In this document: positions 1-9,215 of the stretch, one piece after another | How the letters are laid out: each line of letters begins with the position of its first letter | How positions within the stretch are numbered: the stretch's first letter is position 1 | Origin: an uncultured Myxococcales bacterium | Lineage (GTDB): Bacteria > Myxococcota > UBA4151 | Direction: 5' to 3' | Length of the DNA: 38,266 nucleotides | Assembly (NCBI GenBank): GCA_964013405.1 | Contig: CAXGWI010000020.1 | Coordinates: 1-38,266, forward strand | The notes under the pieces: generated by a model | Seen by the model: only the letters and a program-made list of their open reading frames with translations | Database searches by the model: none | What the model was told of the DNA's origin: nothing | Translations under genes and position numbers: made by a program

Positions 1-898
1 TGTCGTCATCTACCTCCATGGGCCCGGCGGGGATGTGGACAGCTTTTTGTCCGCCGGCGACCAAAGCCCCGCGGGCTTGCTGGCCCAACGAGGTCTGGCA
101 AGCCTCGCCATCGAACAGCCGATTCATGGATTACGGGGCACCCAGGACACCAACACGGACCTGCACACCTTCAACGCCTTCAATGCCACCAGCTCCCGCA
201 ACATCCTGCGCCAGGGCGCCTTGGATGTGATGAATCTCGTGCGGATGATTCAAGAAGGTCACCTCGACGACGAATCATGGCGTCTTAACCCCGATGCCAT
301 CATCTTTCTCGGCCACAGCCAAGGGGCCCTCGTCGGCGGCCTTCTCGCCTCTCAAACCGATGCGGTTCGCTGCTGGATCTTTTCAGGCAGTGGTGGCGGG
401 CTGACCTATACCCTTCTCGATCGAAAGGACCCTCTCGATGTGGCTGAAATGGGCGCGACCCTCGCCCATTCTGGGCCTCTCTTTGAAGGCCATCCCGTCA
501 CCAGCCTCCTGCAGCATGCTTTCGAAGCCACGGACCCTCTATCCGCAGCGCCCCGCTGGCTAGACCGACCTGCGAGCTATCTGATGACCGTCGGATTTCA
601 AGATGAGCAAACCCCGAAACGGGCCGGGCATGCCCTCTCCATGGCCGCGGAATTTCCCCTCCTGACACCGGTGGCGGAGACTCCCTGGCGCCACCGGCGA
701 GATGGCTGGCCTGTCTTCGGCCCCGGCGAGATGAGTGAGACAGCGACTCGAGATGGCCACAAACGAACGGCCGGGGTCAGTCAATACCCCGAGCAGGACC
801 ACTTCACGATCTTCAGCCATGCCCGGGCGAAAATCGGCTACCTACATTTCGCCGAAACCTGTGCGGCTGGATCCCCTGAATTGCGAGCCAGGGATTAG
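1..898 (+). CDS. Alpha/beta-fold hydrolase (lipase/esterase-like), 5'-truncated by the window edge
   Basis: The frame is open from position 2 (VVIYLHGPGGDVDSF...), so the track start at 35 is internal. It has an HG oxyanion motif, a GHSQG nucleophile elbow, a candidate Asp (GFQDEQ) and a candidate His (QDHF). Confidence 0.8.
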   Translation, partial: VVIYLHGPGGDVDSFLSAGDQSPAGLLAQRGLASLAIEQPIHGLRGTQDTNTDLHTFNAFNATSSRNILRQGALDVMNLVRMIQEGHLDDESWRLNPDAIIFLGHSQGALVGGLLASQTDAVRCWIFSGSGGGLTYTLLDRKDPLDVAEMGATLAHSGPLFEGHPVTSLLQHAFEATDPLSAAPRWLDRPASYLMTVGFQDEQTPKRAGHALSMAAEFPLLTPVAETPWRHRRDGWPVFGPGEMSETATRDGHKRTAGVSQYPEQDHFTIFSHARAKIGYLHFAETCAAGSPELRARD

Positions 899-917
899 CC
901 CCTCCGGCCCAAGGGGC
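898..917. terminator. Short GC hairpin between convergent genes (possible weak terminator)
   Basis: GCCCCT(898-903)-8 nt loop-AGGGGC(912-917) lies between two convergent stop codons. There is no U-tract. Confidence 0.3.
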
Positions 918-919
918 AA

Positions 920-3043
920 CTACCAGTGACAGCGAATATGATCGTAGTGGCCATTATTCGTGGCTTGAAGATAAGCATTCCAGTTGATGTTGTTCACGCT
1001 GATCTGGATGTTTCCACCACCAGTTAATCGGTACTGATGCCAGGTCTGGTTGCTGTTATCCTGCTGACCTGAACTTGCTTCAACAACTCGCTCGTCGCCG
1101 GTGGCAAGCCAGCACCATTGCTGCCAGGAAGCGGGGTTCTGCTCATTGGAGTAGACCCGATAATAGCGGTTGTTATGTGCGCCCACAAACAAGCTCGGAT
1201 GCCCCGTGAAATTATACTCGGCCTTGGTACAGGTTTGACCAGACCATTCACTACAGCGAACATTGATTTGTGCCCGTGTGACCACCAATTCGGTATCGCC
1301 TGGCGTTAAACGGTTCACCTGCTGACAGGCCTCATCGCAGGCTGGACCGCCATTGGCATCACCTGCGTCGCAAGTTTCCCCGCCGTTGATAACGCCATCG
1401 CCACAGTAGGCCGCCGCTCCCGCTGCGACCTGACAGTCTTGAGCGCAAACCTCGCAAGCTTCTAGACCGTAATCACAGGCTTCCGTGACCCGGTTGCCGT
1501 CGTCGCAACCCTCCTCACCGTTGACGGCGTTGTCACCGCAAAAAGCGGTCTCCCCGAGGCTGAGCGCACAATCGGCATCACAGACCTGACAGGCCTCGAG
1601 CCCGTAGGCGCAGGTCTCAGTGATCTGGTTACCATCATCGCACTGCTCGGGACCATTGACCTGATCGTCGCCACAGTAGGCTGCAGCGCCAGCGATCTCA
1701 TGGCAGTTCTCACCACAGACCTGGCAGGCTTCCAGACCATACTCGCAGGCCTCAGTGATCCGATTACCATCATCACAGCCCTCTTCGCCGTTCTGCTCGC
1801 CATCGCCACAATAAGCCACGGCGCCCGCTTCAAACTGACAGGCGGCGCCACAGACCTGGCAGGCGAGTTCGCCGTAAGCACAGGCTTCAGCGACCTGATT
1901 GCCGTCATCGCAGCCTTCCTCACCGTTCACGACCTGATCGCCGCAGTAGGTGGTTTCACCGGCCATGAGATCGCAATCAGGCCCGCAGACCTGACAGGCG
2001 AGTTCGCCGTAAGGACAGGCCTCCGCTAGCCGGTTGCCATCATCACAGCTCTCTTCACCATTTTGTAGGCCATCACCACAGTAGGCAGTAGCGCCTTCAA
2101 CCAACGCACAAGAGGCATCGCAAACGAGGCAGGACTGAAGCCCATAAGCACAGGCTTCGAGCACGTCATTGGCGTCGTCGCAGGCCTCGAAGCCCGGGGC
2201 CCCAGCGTCGAGGTCCCGACGGGTGATCCCATCGCCACACTGGGCCGGGGCGCAAAAATTACGACAGGCATCAAAGTCGTCCTGGTTCCCATCATCACAG
2301 CCCTCAACACCCGTCTGCACTTGCCCGTCACCGCAACGGGCAAGGACGCAGGTGTTGAGACAACTGTCGTCATTGGCCTCATTGCCATCGTCACAGGCTT
2401 CGCCCTCTTGAATCACACCATCACCGCAGGTGGCCGGCCGGCAGTTATTGCAGGCATCGGTGGGGTCGCCATTGCCATCGTCACAGCCCTCACCAGGACC
2501 CACGACGCCATCACCGCAGCGGGCTTCCTCGCAGGTCGTCAAACAGGCATCGTCATCAGCCTCATTGCCATCGTCGCAAGCCTCTTCGCCTTCATGAAGC
2601 AGACCATCACCGCAGCGGGCGGCTTGGCAGTTGCTCAGACAATCATCGCCGTCGACTGTGTTGCCATCGTCACAGGCCTCAAAGTCGGGGTGGCCTTCAC
2701 TCATATCCGTGCGCAAAATACCATCACCGCAAAATGCCGTTAAGCAACGGTTCGTGCAGGCGTCCGTATCCAGTTCATTGCCATCATCACAGGCTTCAAA
2801 GCCAATCTCCTCTAAGCTGAGATCCCCCCGAGTGATGCCGTCGCCGCATTGGGCCGGCCGACAGGAGGCGGTGCAAGCGTCCGTATCGACCTCATTGCCA
2901 TCGTCGCAGGCCTCACCGGCCTGAATCTCCCCATCACCACAACTCGCCTCCACCTCCCTAATCACCACCTGTTCGGGACAAGCTAGACTCAAAGCAAAGA
3001 GACAAAGGAGGGTATAACGCAACATTTTGAACTCCATTAGCAA
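920..3043 (-). CDS. Myxococcus cysteine-rich repeat (DUF4215-like) surface lipoprotein
   Basis: N-terminal hydrophobic signal ending LSLAC. Many CGDG...E.CDDGN...C...C units, then a ~130-aa non-repeat C-terminal domain. The true start may be one of the in-frame ATGs a few codons downstream. Confidence 0.88.
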   Translation of the reverse strand: MLMEFKMLRYTLLCLFALSLACPEQVVIREVEASCGDGEIQAGEACDDGNEVDTDACTASCRPAQCGDGITRGDLSLEEIGFEACDDGNELDTDACTNRCLTAFCGDGILRTDMSEGHPDFEACDDGNTVDGDDCLSNCQAARCGDGLLHEGEEACDDGNEADDDACLTTCEEARCGDGVVGPGEGCDDGNGDPTDACNNCRPATCGDGVIQEGEACDDGNEANDDSCLNTCVLARCGDGQVQTGVEGCDDGNQDDFDACRNFCAPAQCGDGITRRDLDAGAPGFEACDDANDVLEACAYGLQSCLVCDASCALVEGATAYCGDGLQNGEESCDDGNRLAEACPYGELACQVCGPDCDLMAGETTYCGDQVVNGEEGCDDGNQVAEACAYGELACQVCGAACQFEAGAVAYCGDGEQNGEEGCDDGNRITEACEYGLEACQVCGENCHEIAGAAAYCGDDQVNGPEQCDDGNQITETCAYGLEACQVCDADCALSLGETAFCGDNAVNGEEGCDDGNRVTEACDYGLEACEVCAQDCQVAAGAAAYCGDGVINGGETCDAGDANGGPACDEACQQVNRLTPGDTELVVTRAQINVRCSEWSGQTCTKAEYNFTGHPSLFVGAHNNRYYRVYSNEQNPASWQQWCWLATGDERVVEASSGQQDNSNQTWHQYRLTGGGNIQISVNNINWNAYLQATNNGHYDHIRCHW
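1406..2183 (-). repeat. Intragenic tandem array of 135-bp (45-aa) six-Cys units
   Basis: CC(A/G)CAGTAGG recurs at 1401, 1671, 1941 and 2076, all multiples of 135 bp apart. Five full CGDxxxNGxExCDDGNxxxExCxYGxxACxVCxxxCxxxxGxxx(Y/F) units plus one partial unit. Confidence 0.9.
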
Positions 3044-3107
3044 CCCATTGAGCCCGAGACATCAAATCAGGTCAAGTCGGCCCCCGAACGGACAGAGGTA
3101 GATCTGC

Positions 3108-6100
3108 TTAGTGAAAATCTCGACTTCGCCCCTGTGCGACGGGTCCGTTGACTTCAGGTTCCCACAAGCGATGGGCGATCAGGTGCACGACACCAGACGC
3201 CACCTGTAGGCGCCCCTTCACCGCAAGAATCTGCGCGCTTTTCACAAGCAATGTGTAACGAGCAGCCACGTCTGGCCAAACCACCACATTCACGAAGCCC
3301 TCCTCATCTTCCAGCGTGATAAAGGTAACTTTACCCTGGGGTTTTTGCCGACAGATCACCAAGCCGCAGGCCTGCTTTCGCTCGCCATCCTGACCCAGGC
3401 GCAGCTGCCCCGAAGGGACAAAACCCAAGCCCTGCCAATGGGGGCGTAAAAGGGCCATGGGATGACAACGAACACTATGCTGGGCACTGTCCTGATCCCA
3501 AGCCAACTCCTCTAAGGGGCTCAAAGCTCGAAAAGAGACTTCATTTTCTTGCGGCATCATCGCCAAAGCCCCCTCTCGGGCTTCCACCAAGGCCCCCAAA
3601 ACCCACAAGGCCTGGCGACGATCGAGCCCATAAGAGGAAAAAGCATCGGCTCGAGCCAGCTGTTGCAGGACCTGCATGGGCAGCTGGCTTTGCCCCACAA
3701 AGGCACTCAGGGTGGCGGGACGCTCAACGGCTTCCAAAGCCGCTCTGTGCTTTCTCGAAAGGCCCCTGATACAACGAAAGCCCATGCGCAAACGCCACCG
3801 GCCTTCCATGGGCTCCAGGCTACAATCCCAATCGGATTGCTGGACACAGATCGCCCCCAAGGCGATTCCTTCTCGACGGGCACTCTCCAACAAACTGGAC
3901 ACCGAGTAGAATCCCATGGGCTGGGCGTTGAAAAGAGCAGCATAAAAGAAAGCGGGGTAATGGCATTTGAGCCAGGCGCTGGCGTAACTGATCAGGGCAA
4001 AGCTCGCCGCATGGGACTCGGGAAACCCATACTCACCAAAGCCCTGGATCTGCTCAAAGACCCGCTGGGCGAATTCCGGCTGAATCCCCCGATCGAGCAT
4101 CCCTCCAATCAATCGTTTCCGATGGTGCTCAATCCGCCCCTTGCTGCGCCAGGCCGCCATATCTCGGCGCAATTGATCCGCTTCACCAGGACTGTAACCG
4201 GCCGCGACGACGGCCAACTTCATCACCTGCTCCTGGAAGATCGGCACCCCTAAGGTGCGCTTCAAAATAGGCTCCAAACTGGGGTGCGGGTACACCACCT
4301 CCTCTTCACCACTGCGCCGACGCAGATAGGGGTGCACCATATCACCACTGATAGGGCCCGGGCGAACCAGGGCAATTTCGACTGTGAGATCATAAAACGT
4401 ACGGGGACGGAGCCGGGGCAACATGGCCATCTGCGCTCGGCTTTCCACTTGAAAGACCCCCACGCTGTCCCCCCGGCTCAACATGGCGTAGGTCGCCGGA
4501 TCTTCCGCCGGAATGGTGGCAAGGTCATAGGCTTTGCCTTCGTGGCGAGCGATCAAACGAAAGCTCTTTTGTAACTGAGTCAGCATCCCCAAACCCAGTA
4601 AATCCACCTTAAAGAGCCCCAAAGACTCCACATCGTTTTTGTCCCACTGAATCACCGTGCGGTTCGCCATCCCGCCGGGCTCCACAGGGACCAGTTCATC
4701 CACCGGTTCGTGACCCAACAAGAAACCGCCTGGATGGGTGGAGAGGTGGCGGGGAAAGTCCAATAATTCTTGCGCTTTTTCCCCTAAGACTCGGCAGGCG
4801 GAGCTTTGAGGATCAAGACCAGCTTTTTCAAAGAGATCAGCCCCTATCTCCTTTTGAGAACGACTGAGCATCCTTGAAAGACGGTGAAGTATATTTTGAT
4901 CAATACCGATCGCTTTTCCTATGTCTTTAACTGCAGATTTAGGACGATAGCGGATAATAACGGCCACCATAGCAGCATGACGTCGACCATAGCGGTCGTA
5001 CACCCACTGGATCACCTCTTCCCGGCGTTCATGTTCAATGTCTAAGTCGATATCCGGCGGCTCGGCTCGCTCCCGGGATAAGAATCGCTCAAAGAGCAGA
5101 TCCATACGTACCGGGTCGATGGCGGTGATGCCTAAGCAATAACAAAGAATAGAGTTGGCGGCGGAACCTCGTCCCTGACAAAGAATTCCCGCCTCTTGGC
5201 AAAATCGAACGATCTCCCACATGGTTAAAAAGTAACCTGCGTAGTCCAGGTCTTCGATAATCCTTAACTCCCTATCGAGTTGAATCATCACGGCCTCCGG
5301 AATCCGCCCATGGTAACGGGCCTGGGCACCTTCTTGGGCCAACTGCCGCAACCAGTCCTGGGTGCTCAAACCATCGGGGAGTGCTTCAGAGGGATAGACA
5401 TAGCGAAGATCGAAGAGGGAAAACGCACAGCGCCCCGTCAGCTCAAGTCCCGCCTCGATGGCCTGGGGCCAGGCCTGAAAACGGGTTCTGAATTGGGCCG
5501 GATCCATGAGGGCATGTTCATCGTTGGGCGGCTGCCGTCCCTTCAAATCTGACAAGGTGCAACCGAGGCGCACACAGGTCAGTAGGTCCTGCAGAGGACG
5601 TCTTTGCCGGTGGTGATAAAGCACCTCATTGGCCGCAAGAAGCCGGTAGCTTGGGTGTTTTTTACACAGCGCCTGTAACGCGAGTTGCTGTTGAACCTCC
5701 TCAGGGCGTCGATGGTCACTGAGTAAAAAAAAGAGGTCATCACGGGGCCATCTTTCCGCCAAAGCCCGAAGGAGCCCCTCATCCCAAGCGGCTCCGTCCA
5801 CACATCCCAAGCTCAAACCTTCAGCCCTTAAGGACAAGAGATCGCTTCGGCTGAGCAGTGGCGCTCCCTTAGGCGCTCGCTGACGGACCCGACTGATCAG
5901 CCGGCAGAGCTGAGCGTAACCATTTCGCTGTCGCACCCAGATCACCGCCCGTTGACCGCTCGACAGGCGAACAGAGGCGCCTATTTGTAATCTCAAGTCT
6001 AAGGCCCGGGCAGCAACGGCGGCCCGAACCTGACCGTAAAAGCCCATCTCATCGGTCAAAGCCAAGGCAGCTAAGCCTAAATCGGCGGCGGTCTGGATCA

Positions 6101-6179
6101 ACTCCTCAGGGTGGGAGGCCCCCTGAAGAAAGGAGAAATTCGATTTGACCCAGAGGGCAGCGACGGGCTCTGCACTCAT
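3108..6179 (-). CDS. dnaE2: Error-prone DNA polymerase III alpha subunit DnaE2 (ImuC)
   Basis: Motifs SNFSFL..ASHPEEL, GRGSAANS, PPDIDLD, KVDLLGL, FQVESRAQ and YGFPESHA, an OB fold (FITLEDEEG) and the C-terminal SRDFH motif. ATG at 6179 overlaps the imuB TGA (ATGA). Confidence 0.97.
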   Translation of the reverse strand: MSAEPVAALWVKSNFSFLQGASHPEELIQTAADLGLAALALTDEMGFYGQVRAAVAARALDLRLQIGASVRLSSGQRAVIWVRQRNGYAQLCRLISRVRQRAPKGAPLLSRSDLLSLRAEGLSLGCVDGAAWDEGLLRALAERWPRDDLFFLLSDHRRPEEVQQQLALQALCKKHPSYRLLAANEVLYHHRQRRPLQDLLTCVRLGCTLSDLKGRQPPNDEHALMDPAQFRTRFQAWPQAIEAGLELTGRCAFSLFDLRYVYPSEALPDGLSTQDWLRQLAQEGAQARYHGRIPEAVMIQLDRELRIIEDLDYAGYFLTMWEIVRFCQEAGILCQGRGSAANSILCYCLGITAIDPVRMDLLFERFLSRERAEPPDIDLDIEHERREEVIQWVYDRYGRRHAAMVAVIIRYRPKSAVKDIGKAIGIDQNILHRLSRMLSRSQKEIGADLFEKAGLDPQSSACRVLGEKAQELLDFPRHLSTHPGGFLLGHEPVDELVPVEPGGMANRTVIQWDKNDVESLGLFKVDLLGLGMLTQLQKSFRLIARHEGKAYDLATIPAEDPATYAMLSRGDSVGVFQVESRAQMAMLPRLRPRTFYDLTVEIALVRPGPISGDMVHPYLRRRSGEEEVVYPHPSLEPILKRTLGVPIFQEQVMKLAVVAAGYSPGEADQLRRDMAAWRSKGRIEHHRKRLIGGMLDRGIQPEFAQRVFEQIQGFGEYGFPESHAASFALISYASAWLKCHYPAFFYAALFNAQPMGFYSVSSLLESARREGIALGAICVQQSDWDCSLEPMEGRWRLRMGFRCIRGLSRKHRAALEAVERPATLSAFVGQSQLPMQVLQQLARADAFSSYGLDRRQALWVLGALVEAREGALAMMPQENEVSFRALSPLEELAWDQDSAQHSVRCHPMALLRPHWQGLGFVPSGQLRLGQDGERKQACGLVICRQKPQGKVTFITLEDEEGFVNVVVWPDVAARYTLLVKSAQILAVKGRLQVASGVVHLIAHRLWEPEVNGPVAQGRSRDFH

Positions 6180-7699
6180 TGAACCCAGCCCTGAAGAAAC
6201 CAGTCTCCCTCTCGAGCCTCTTGAAAAATCCAAAGCAGTTCACCCCGCTCTAAGCGGGCAAAAAAATAGCGCCTACGCTGCTCTTTAGCCCACCACCCCC
6301 CACTGGCTAAATAAGGTCCGACAAGAGCTTTCACCGCCCCTCGGGCAGGGCCTAAGGGCAGCCACGCTCTTCCTCGCTGAGGCGGAGGGGCCATGGGTTC
6401 AGGCGGCTCGACCAAGCGGCGAACCAGAGGTGGATTTTCAGTTAATGCAGAGACCTCAGGAAGTTTGAACTCCTCAAGAGGAGCAAAGCCTTGTTGCGCT
6501 TCGGGTAAATGCCCGGGCCTCGCCTCGGCTCGACAGACCGCCTCGGATCCGAGCTCAGCCCGCAAGCGAGCCAGGGCAGCATGGGCTGCTTTCATATCTC
6601 GCCGAGCCCCCCGAAAGAGCGTTAACTGTTCCGCTCGGGCCGGCACCGGTTCTAACTGTAGGGAAAGGGATAAAGCGGGAGCTCGCAGAGGAAACCGATT
6701 CAGGTTGAGGCGCAACAGATCTAAAAAAATCGCTTCATCCAAACTGGCTTCAGCCGGCCGAACCAACCACTGCTGTTGCTGTTCTCCTTCAGGTGCAAAA
6801 GCAGGATCTAAATCCAGATCGAGACGGATGCTCGCCACCGCCCGCCCCCGCGTCGCCAGGGGGGAAAACATCCCATAAAGCTCTCTTTTAACAGCGAACA
6901 ACAGCTGGTCTTGCCGAGTCACCGCAGGCTCGAGGTCCCTTTTTAAACAAGGCGCTTCCACCGGTGCCCAGGGGGTCAACTGGGGCCGGGCTTGAGCCGT
7001 CAGGCATCGGTGTAGCCCCTCGGCTTCTGCGCCGAAACGACGGCCCAAGGCCTGGGCGCCTAGAGCCAAAAACTCAGCCACTGACCGCAAACCTAAGGGG
7101 GCGAGTTGCCCCTGTAAACGGGCGCTCAAACCCAAAGCAGATAGGGGCTGCTCCCCCAGTTGCTCTTGCTCCATCTCGCGATCCCTTAAAAACAGCACGG
7201 GGCGAGCCTGGGGACAGAGGACTCGAGCAGACAGGGGTTCATAGCCCAGCACCATGCGCCCCCACAGGCCTTCTTGAGTTTGCAAATCTCTCAAAAGGGA
7301 TTGGGCCCAAGCCCGTAAGGGTCCGACCACTCCCTCCAGGCCGGCAACATCCAGCACAAAGACCCCGGGCTCACCGGCCAGCAAAGCCAAGGAGGGAACC
7401 CGCTGGGAGAGAAACTGAGCGATCCGCTCCTGGCACAACAGCAACTCAGCTTCAGGCCAGGATTGGGTGATGAGCTCCGGCGCTAAAGCCCGAGCTTGAG
7501 CCAAGGTCTGATGGGGGCGGATACGCCGACGGCGAGCGACCTCATTGAGGGCTAAAACCCGGGCACCAGGATGATCGCTTCGGCTCAACACAAGGGCTCG
7601 CTCGCGCCACTGGGGCTGCTGTCGGCAAACCCATTGTAAAGCCAGGTCGGGCAACTGCAGAACGGCCCGCTGGGGCCCCTGTGGCGAGTTTATGGACAT
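6176..7699 (-). CDS. imuB: ImuB, catalytically inactive Y-family polymerase homolog
   Basis: Lies between imuA and dnaE2. Y-family-like N-terminus without the catalytic acidic motif, beta-clamp motif QLTLF (6614-6628), and C-terminal GP...GGWW...RRYF...GELLWIF...WFLQG. ATG at 7699 overlaps the imuA stop. Confidence 0.92.
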   Translation of the reverse strand: MSINSPQGPQRAVLQLPDLALQWVCRQQPQWRERALVLSRSDHPGARVLALNEVARRRRIRPHQTLAQARALAPELITQSWPEAELLLCQERIAQFLSQRVPSLALLAGEPGVFVLDVAGLEGVVGPLRAWAQSLLRDLQTQEGLWGRMVLGYEPLSARVLCPQARPVLFLRDREMEQEQLGEQPLSALGLSARLQGQLAPLGLRSVAEFLALGAQALGRRFGAEAEGLHRCLTAQARPQLTPWAPVEAPCLKRDLEPAVTRQDQLLFAVKRELYGMFSPLATRGRAVASIRLDLDLDPAFAPEGEQQQQWLVRPAEASLDEAIFLDLLRLNLNRFPLRAPALSLSLQLEPVPARAEQLTLFRGARRDMKAAHAALARLRAELGSEAVCRAEARPGHLPEAQQGFAPLEEFKLPEVSALTENPPLVRRLVEPPEPMAPPPQRGRAWLPLGPARGAVKALVGPYLASGGWWAKEQRRRYFFARLERGELLWIFQEAREGDWFLQGWVQ

Positions 7700-8298
7700 C
7701 CCGGCACCCCACGACAGGACTGATGCCAAGCCCATCGAGCCGGACCCTGACGGTCTTTGAGCCCCTGCCAACGTAAAACAAAGACGTTGGGTCCGATCCG
7801 CTCCCGGTGCACGCCACTGCGCCAACTAATCCCCACACCAACCGAGGGCGAATCATCTGGCTTTTCACTCAACACGATTAAACAACTCTCATGGCGAGCG
7901 CAGCGGGCCGCCAGACGAGTCAGTAAGGGCAGGGGCAAGCCCTGCCGACCCAGGTCCAAAAGAACACCACCAAAAGCGCCTGATGCCAACAGCACGTCGG
8001 CTGCTCGCCCCAGTTGCTCCCGACGGGGGGGGAAGAGGAAAGCCATGGCATCCAGGTCGAGTTGCCAGGGCAGCAGGTCGGGAACAAAGGGGCGTAAAGA
8101 AGAGCAGCCAACCCAAGCCACCGGTTCTCCTGCTTCTTGAAGGTGGCGAAGCAACCAAAGGCCGGAAGAAATCGGTGCAAAAGAGCCCTGCCCAGAGACC
8201 TCGACCACCTGTCCTTGGATTCGCTCAAGGGACCAAGGGGCCGCCTCCACAGGATTGCGTTCGAAGTGACGAGCCGGTTGAACAAGATGAAGGACCAT
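7690..8298 (-). CDS. imuA: ImuA, RecA-like translesion synthesis accessory protein
   Basis: RecA-like segments (GQVVEVSG, GEPVAWVG, ADVLLASGAFGGVLLD) with a degenerate Walker A. First gene of the imuA-imuB-dnaE2 cassette, with AGGA just upstream. Confidence 0.88.
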   Translation of the reverse strand: MVLHLVQPARHFERNPVEAAPWSLERIQGQVVEVSGQGSFAPISSGLWLLRHLQEAGEPVAWVGCSSLRPFVPDLLPWQLDLDAMAFLFPPRREQLGRAADVLLASGAFGGVLLDLGRQGLPLPLLTRLAARCARHESCLIVLSEKPDDSPSVGVGISWRSGVHRERIGPNVFVLRWQGLKDRQGPARWAWHQSCRGVPGCP

Positions 8299-8306
8299 AA
8301 GTCCTA

Positions 8307-8330
8307 TATACTGTACAAATGTTCAGTATA
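8307..8330. promoter_or_regulatory. LexA operator (SOS box) upstream of imuA
   Basis: TATACTGTACAAATGTTCAGTATA is 20/24 self-complementary. The CTG-N10-CAG core (8311-8326) lies 12 bp upstream of the imuA ATG. imuABC cassettes are established LexA regulon members. Confidence 0.85.
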
Positions 8331-8340
8331 AAAGGGCCCG

Positions 8341-9123
8341 CTACGAGGTGGCTGTTTGATCTCGCAGTTGCATCAATTCCCGCAAAACCAGGCCTGGCCG
8401 GGTTCGCTGCGGCGCATGCCCTAGGGTCTTTTCGACCACCACCCGGGTTCCAATCGCCTCCCGCATCCGAGCCAGACAACTTTGGGGCAAAATTCCATCC
8501 CGGCTACCCCATAGAATTCGCAACCGATGCTCTAAGCCCTGCAAGGCCCCCGGCTGGACCAAATGATTTCGGCTATCCAAACGGACAAAAGATTGAACGA
8601 CCTCGCTTTCAAGAACGGGCGCCATCAATCGCCTTGCAGCACCTCGAATGACCAAAGGGGCATCCGGTAAGCAGGCCTGAGCAAAGCGCTTTGCGTCGGG
8701 CTGGGCAAACAGGGCACCTGCTTCCTGCAATTCCTCTGGGTTCATAAATCCCGCCGGCGCCAACAGAAGGGCTCCATGAACCGACTCGGGGTGGCTCCGC
8801 AGGCTCAAGCAGGCAATCCAGGCCCCCAGAGAGTTGCCCACGACAAAGGCGCCGCCCTCACAGCATGTCTCGATGAGTGTGCTCAGAAAGCGAACCCCAT
8901 CATCCATACTCAGACGATCCAACTCCGCCTCGGGGACCAAGGAGTAGCCGAAGCCAGGCATGTCCGGCACGAGAATTCGCCCCCAAGGTCCTCGAGCAAG
9001 CCGTCGCAACATCAAGGCCCAGGTACTGCCCCGATCACCGAGCCCATGGAGCAGAACCAAATCTGGTCCCCCCCGCCCGCGACCGCTCAGCATGCTGATC
9101 TCGTAGCCTTCATATTCCACCAC
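8341..9123 (-). CDS. Alpha/beta-fold hydrolase (Abhydrolase_1/MhpC-like)
   Basis: Motifs VLLHGLGD, PDMPGFG, GNSLG nucleophile, WGSRDG and GHAPQ. The frame stays open upstream, with a possible CTG start at 9219. Confidence 0.9.
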   Translation of the reverse strand: MVEYEGYEISMLSGRGRGGPDLVLLHGLGDRGSTWALMLRRLARGPWGRILVPDMPGFGYSLVPEAELDRLSMDDGVRFLSTLIETCCEGGAFVVGNSLGAWIACLSLRSHPESVHGALLLAPAGFMNPEELQEAGALFAQPDAKRFAQACLPDAPLVIRGAARRLMAPVLESEVVQSFVRLDSRNHLVQPGALQGLEHRLRILWGSRDGILPQSCLARMREAIGTRVVVEKTLGHAPQRTRPGLVLRELMQLRDQTATS

Positions 9124-9215
9124 CTCACGTCGGAAGCCCGCGGGGCGAACTCCCAGGTCGTAAAACGGCTCTAAAAAGTTAGAGAAATATGCGCGGCGAT
9201 GGGCGCTTGTCCGCT

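Noticed and set aside
920..1100. Asn-rich C-terminus of the Cys-repeat protein as a DGR variable region
   Set aside because: I found no second near-identical copy (template repeat) and no reverse transcriptase in the window.
1406..2942. Periodic DNA repeats as a CRISPR array
   Set aside because: The repeats are in-frame, degenerate at third codon positions and encode Cys repeats. No cas genes are present.
6180..6233. Longer track starts for dnaE2 (6233) and, likewise, imuB (7825)
   Set aside because: They overlap the upstream genes deeply. Downstream ATGs at 6179 and 7699 give typical coupled junctions.
6176..7699. ImuB as a pseudogene because it lacks catalytic aspartates
   Set aside because: Catalytic inactivity is the normal state of ImuB. 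The frame and clamp motif are intact.
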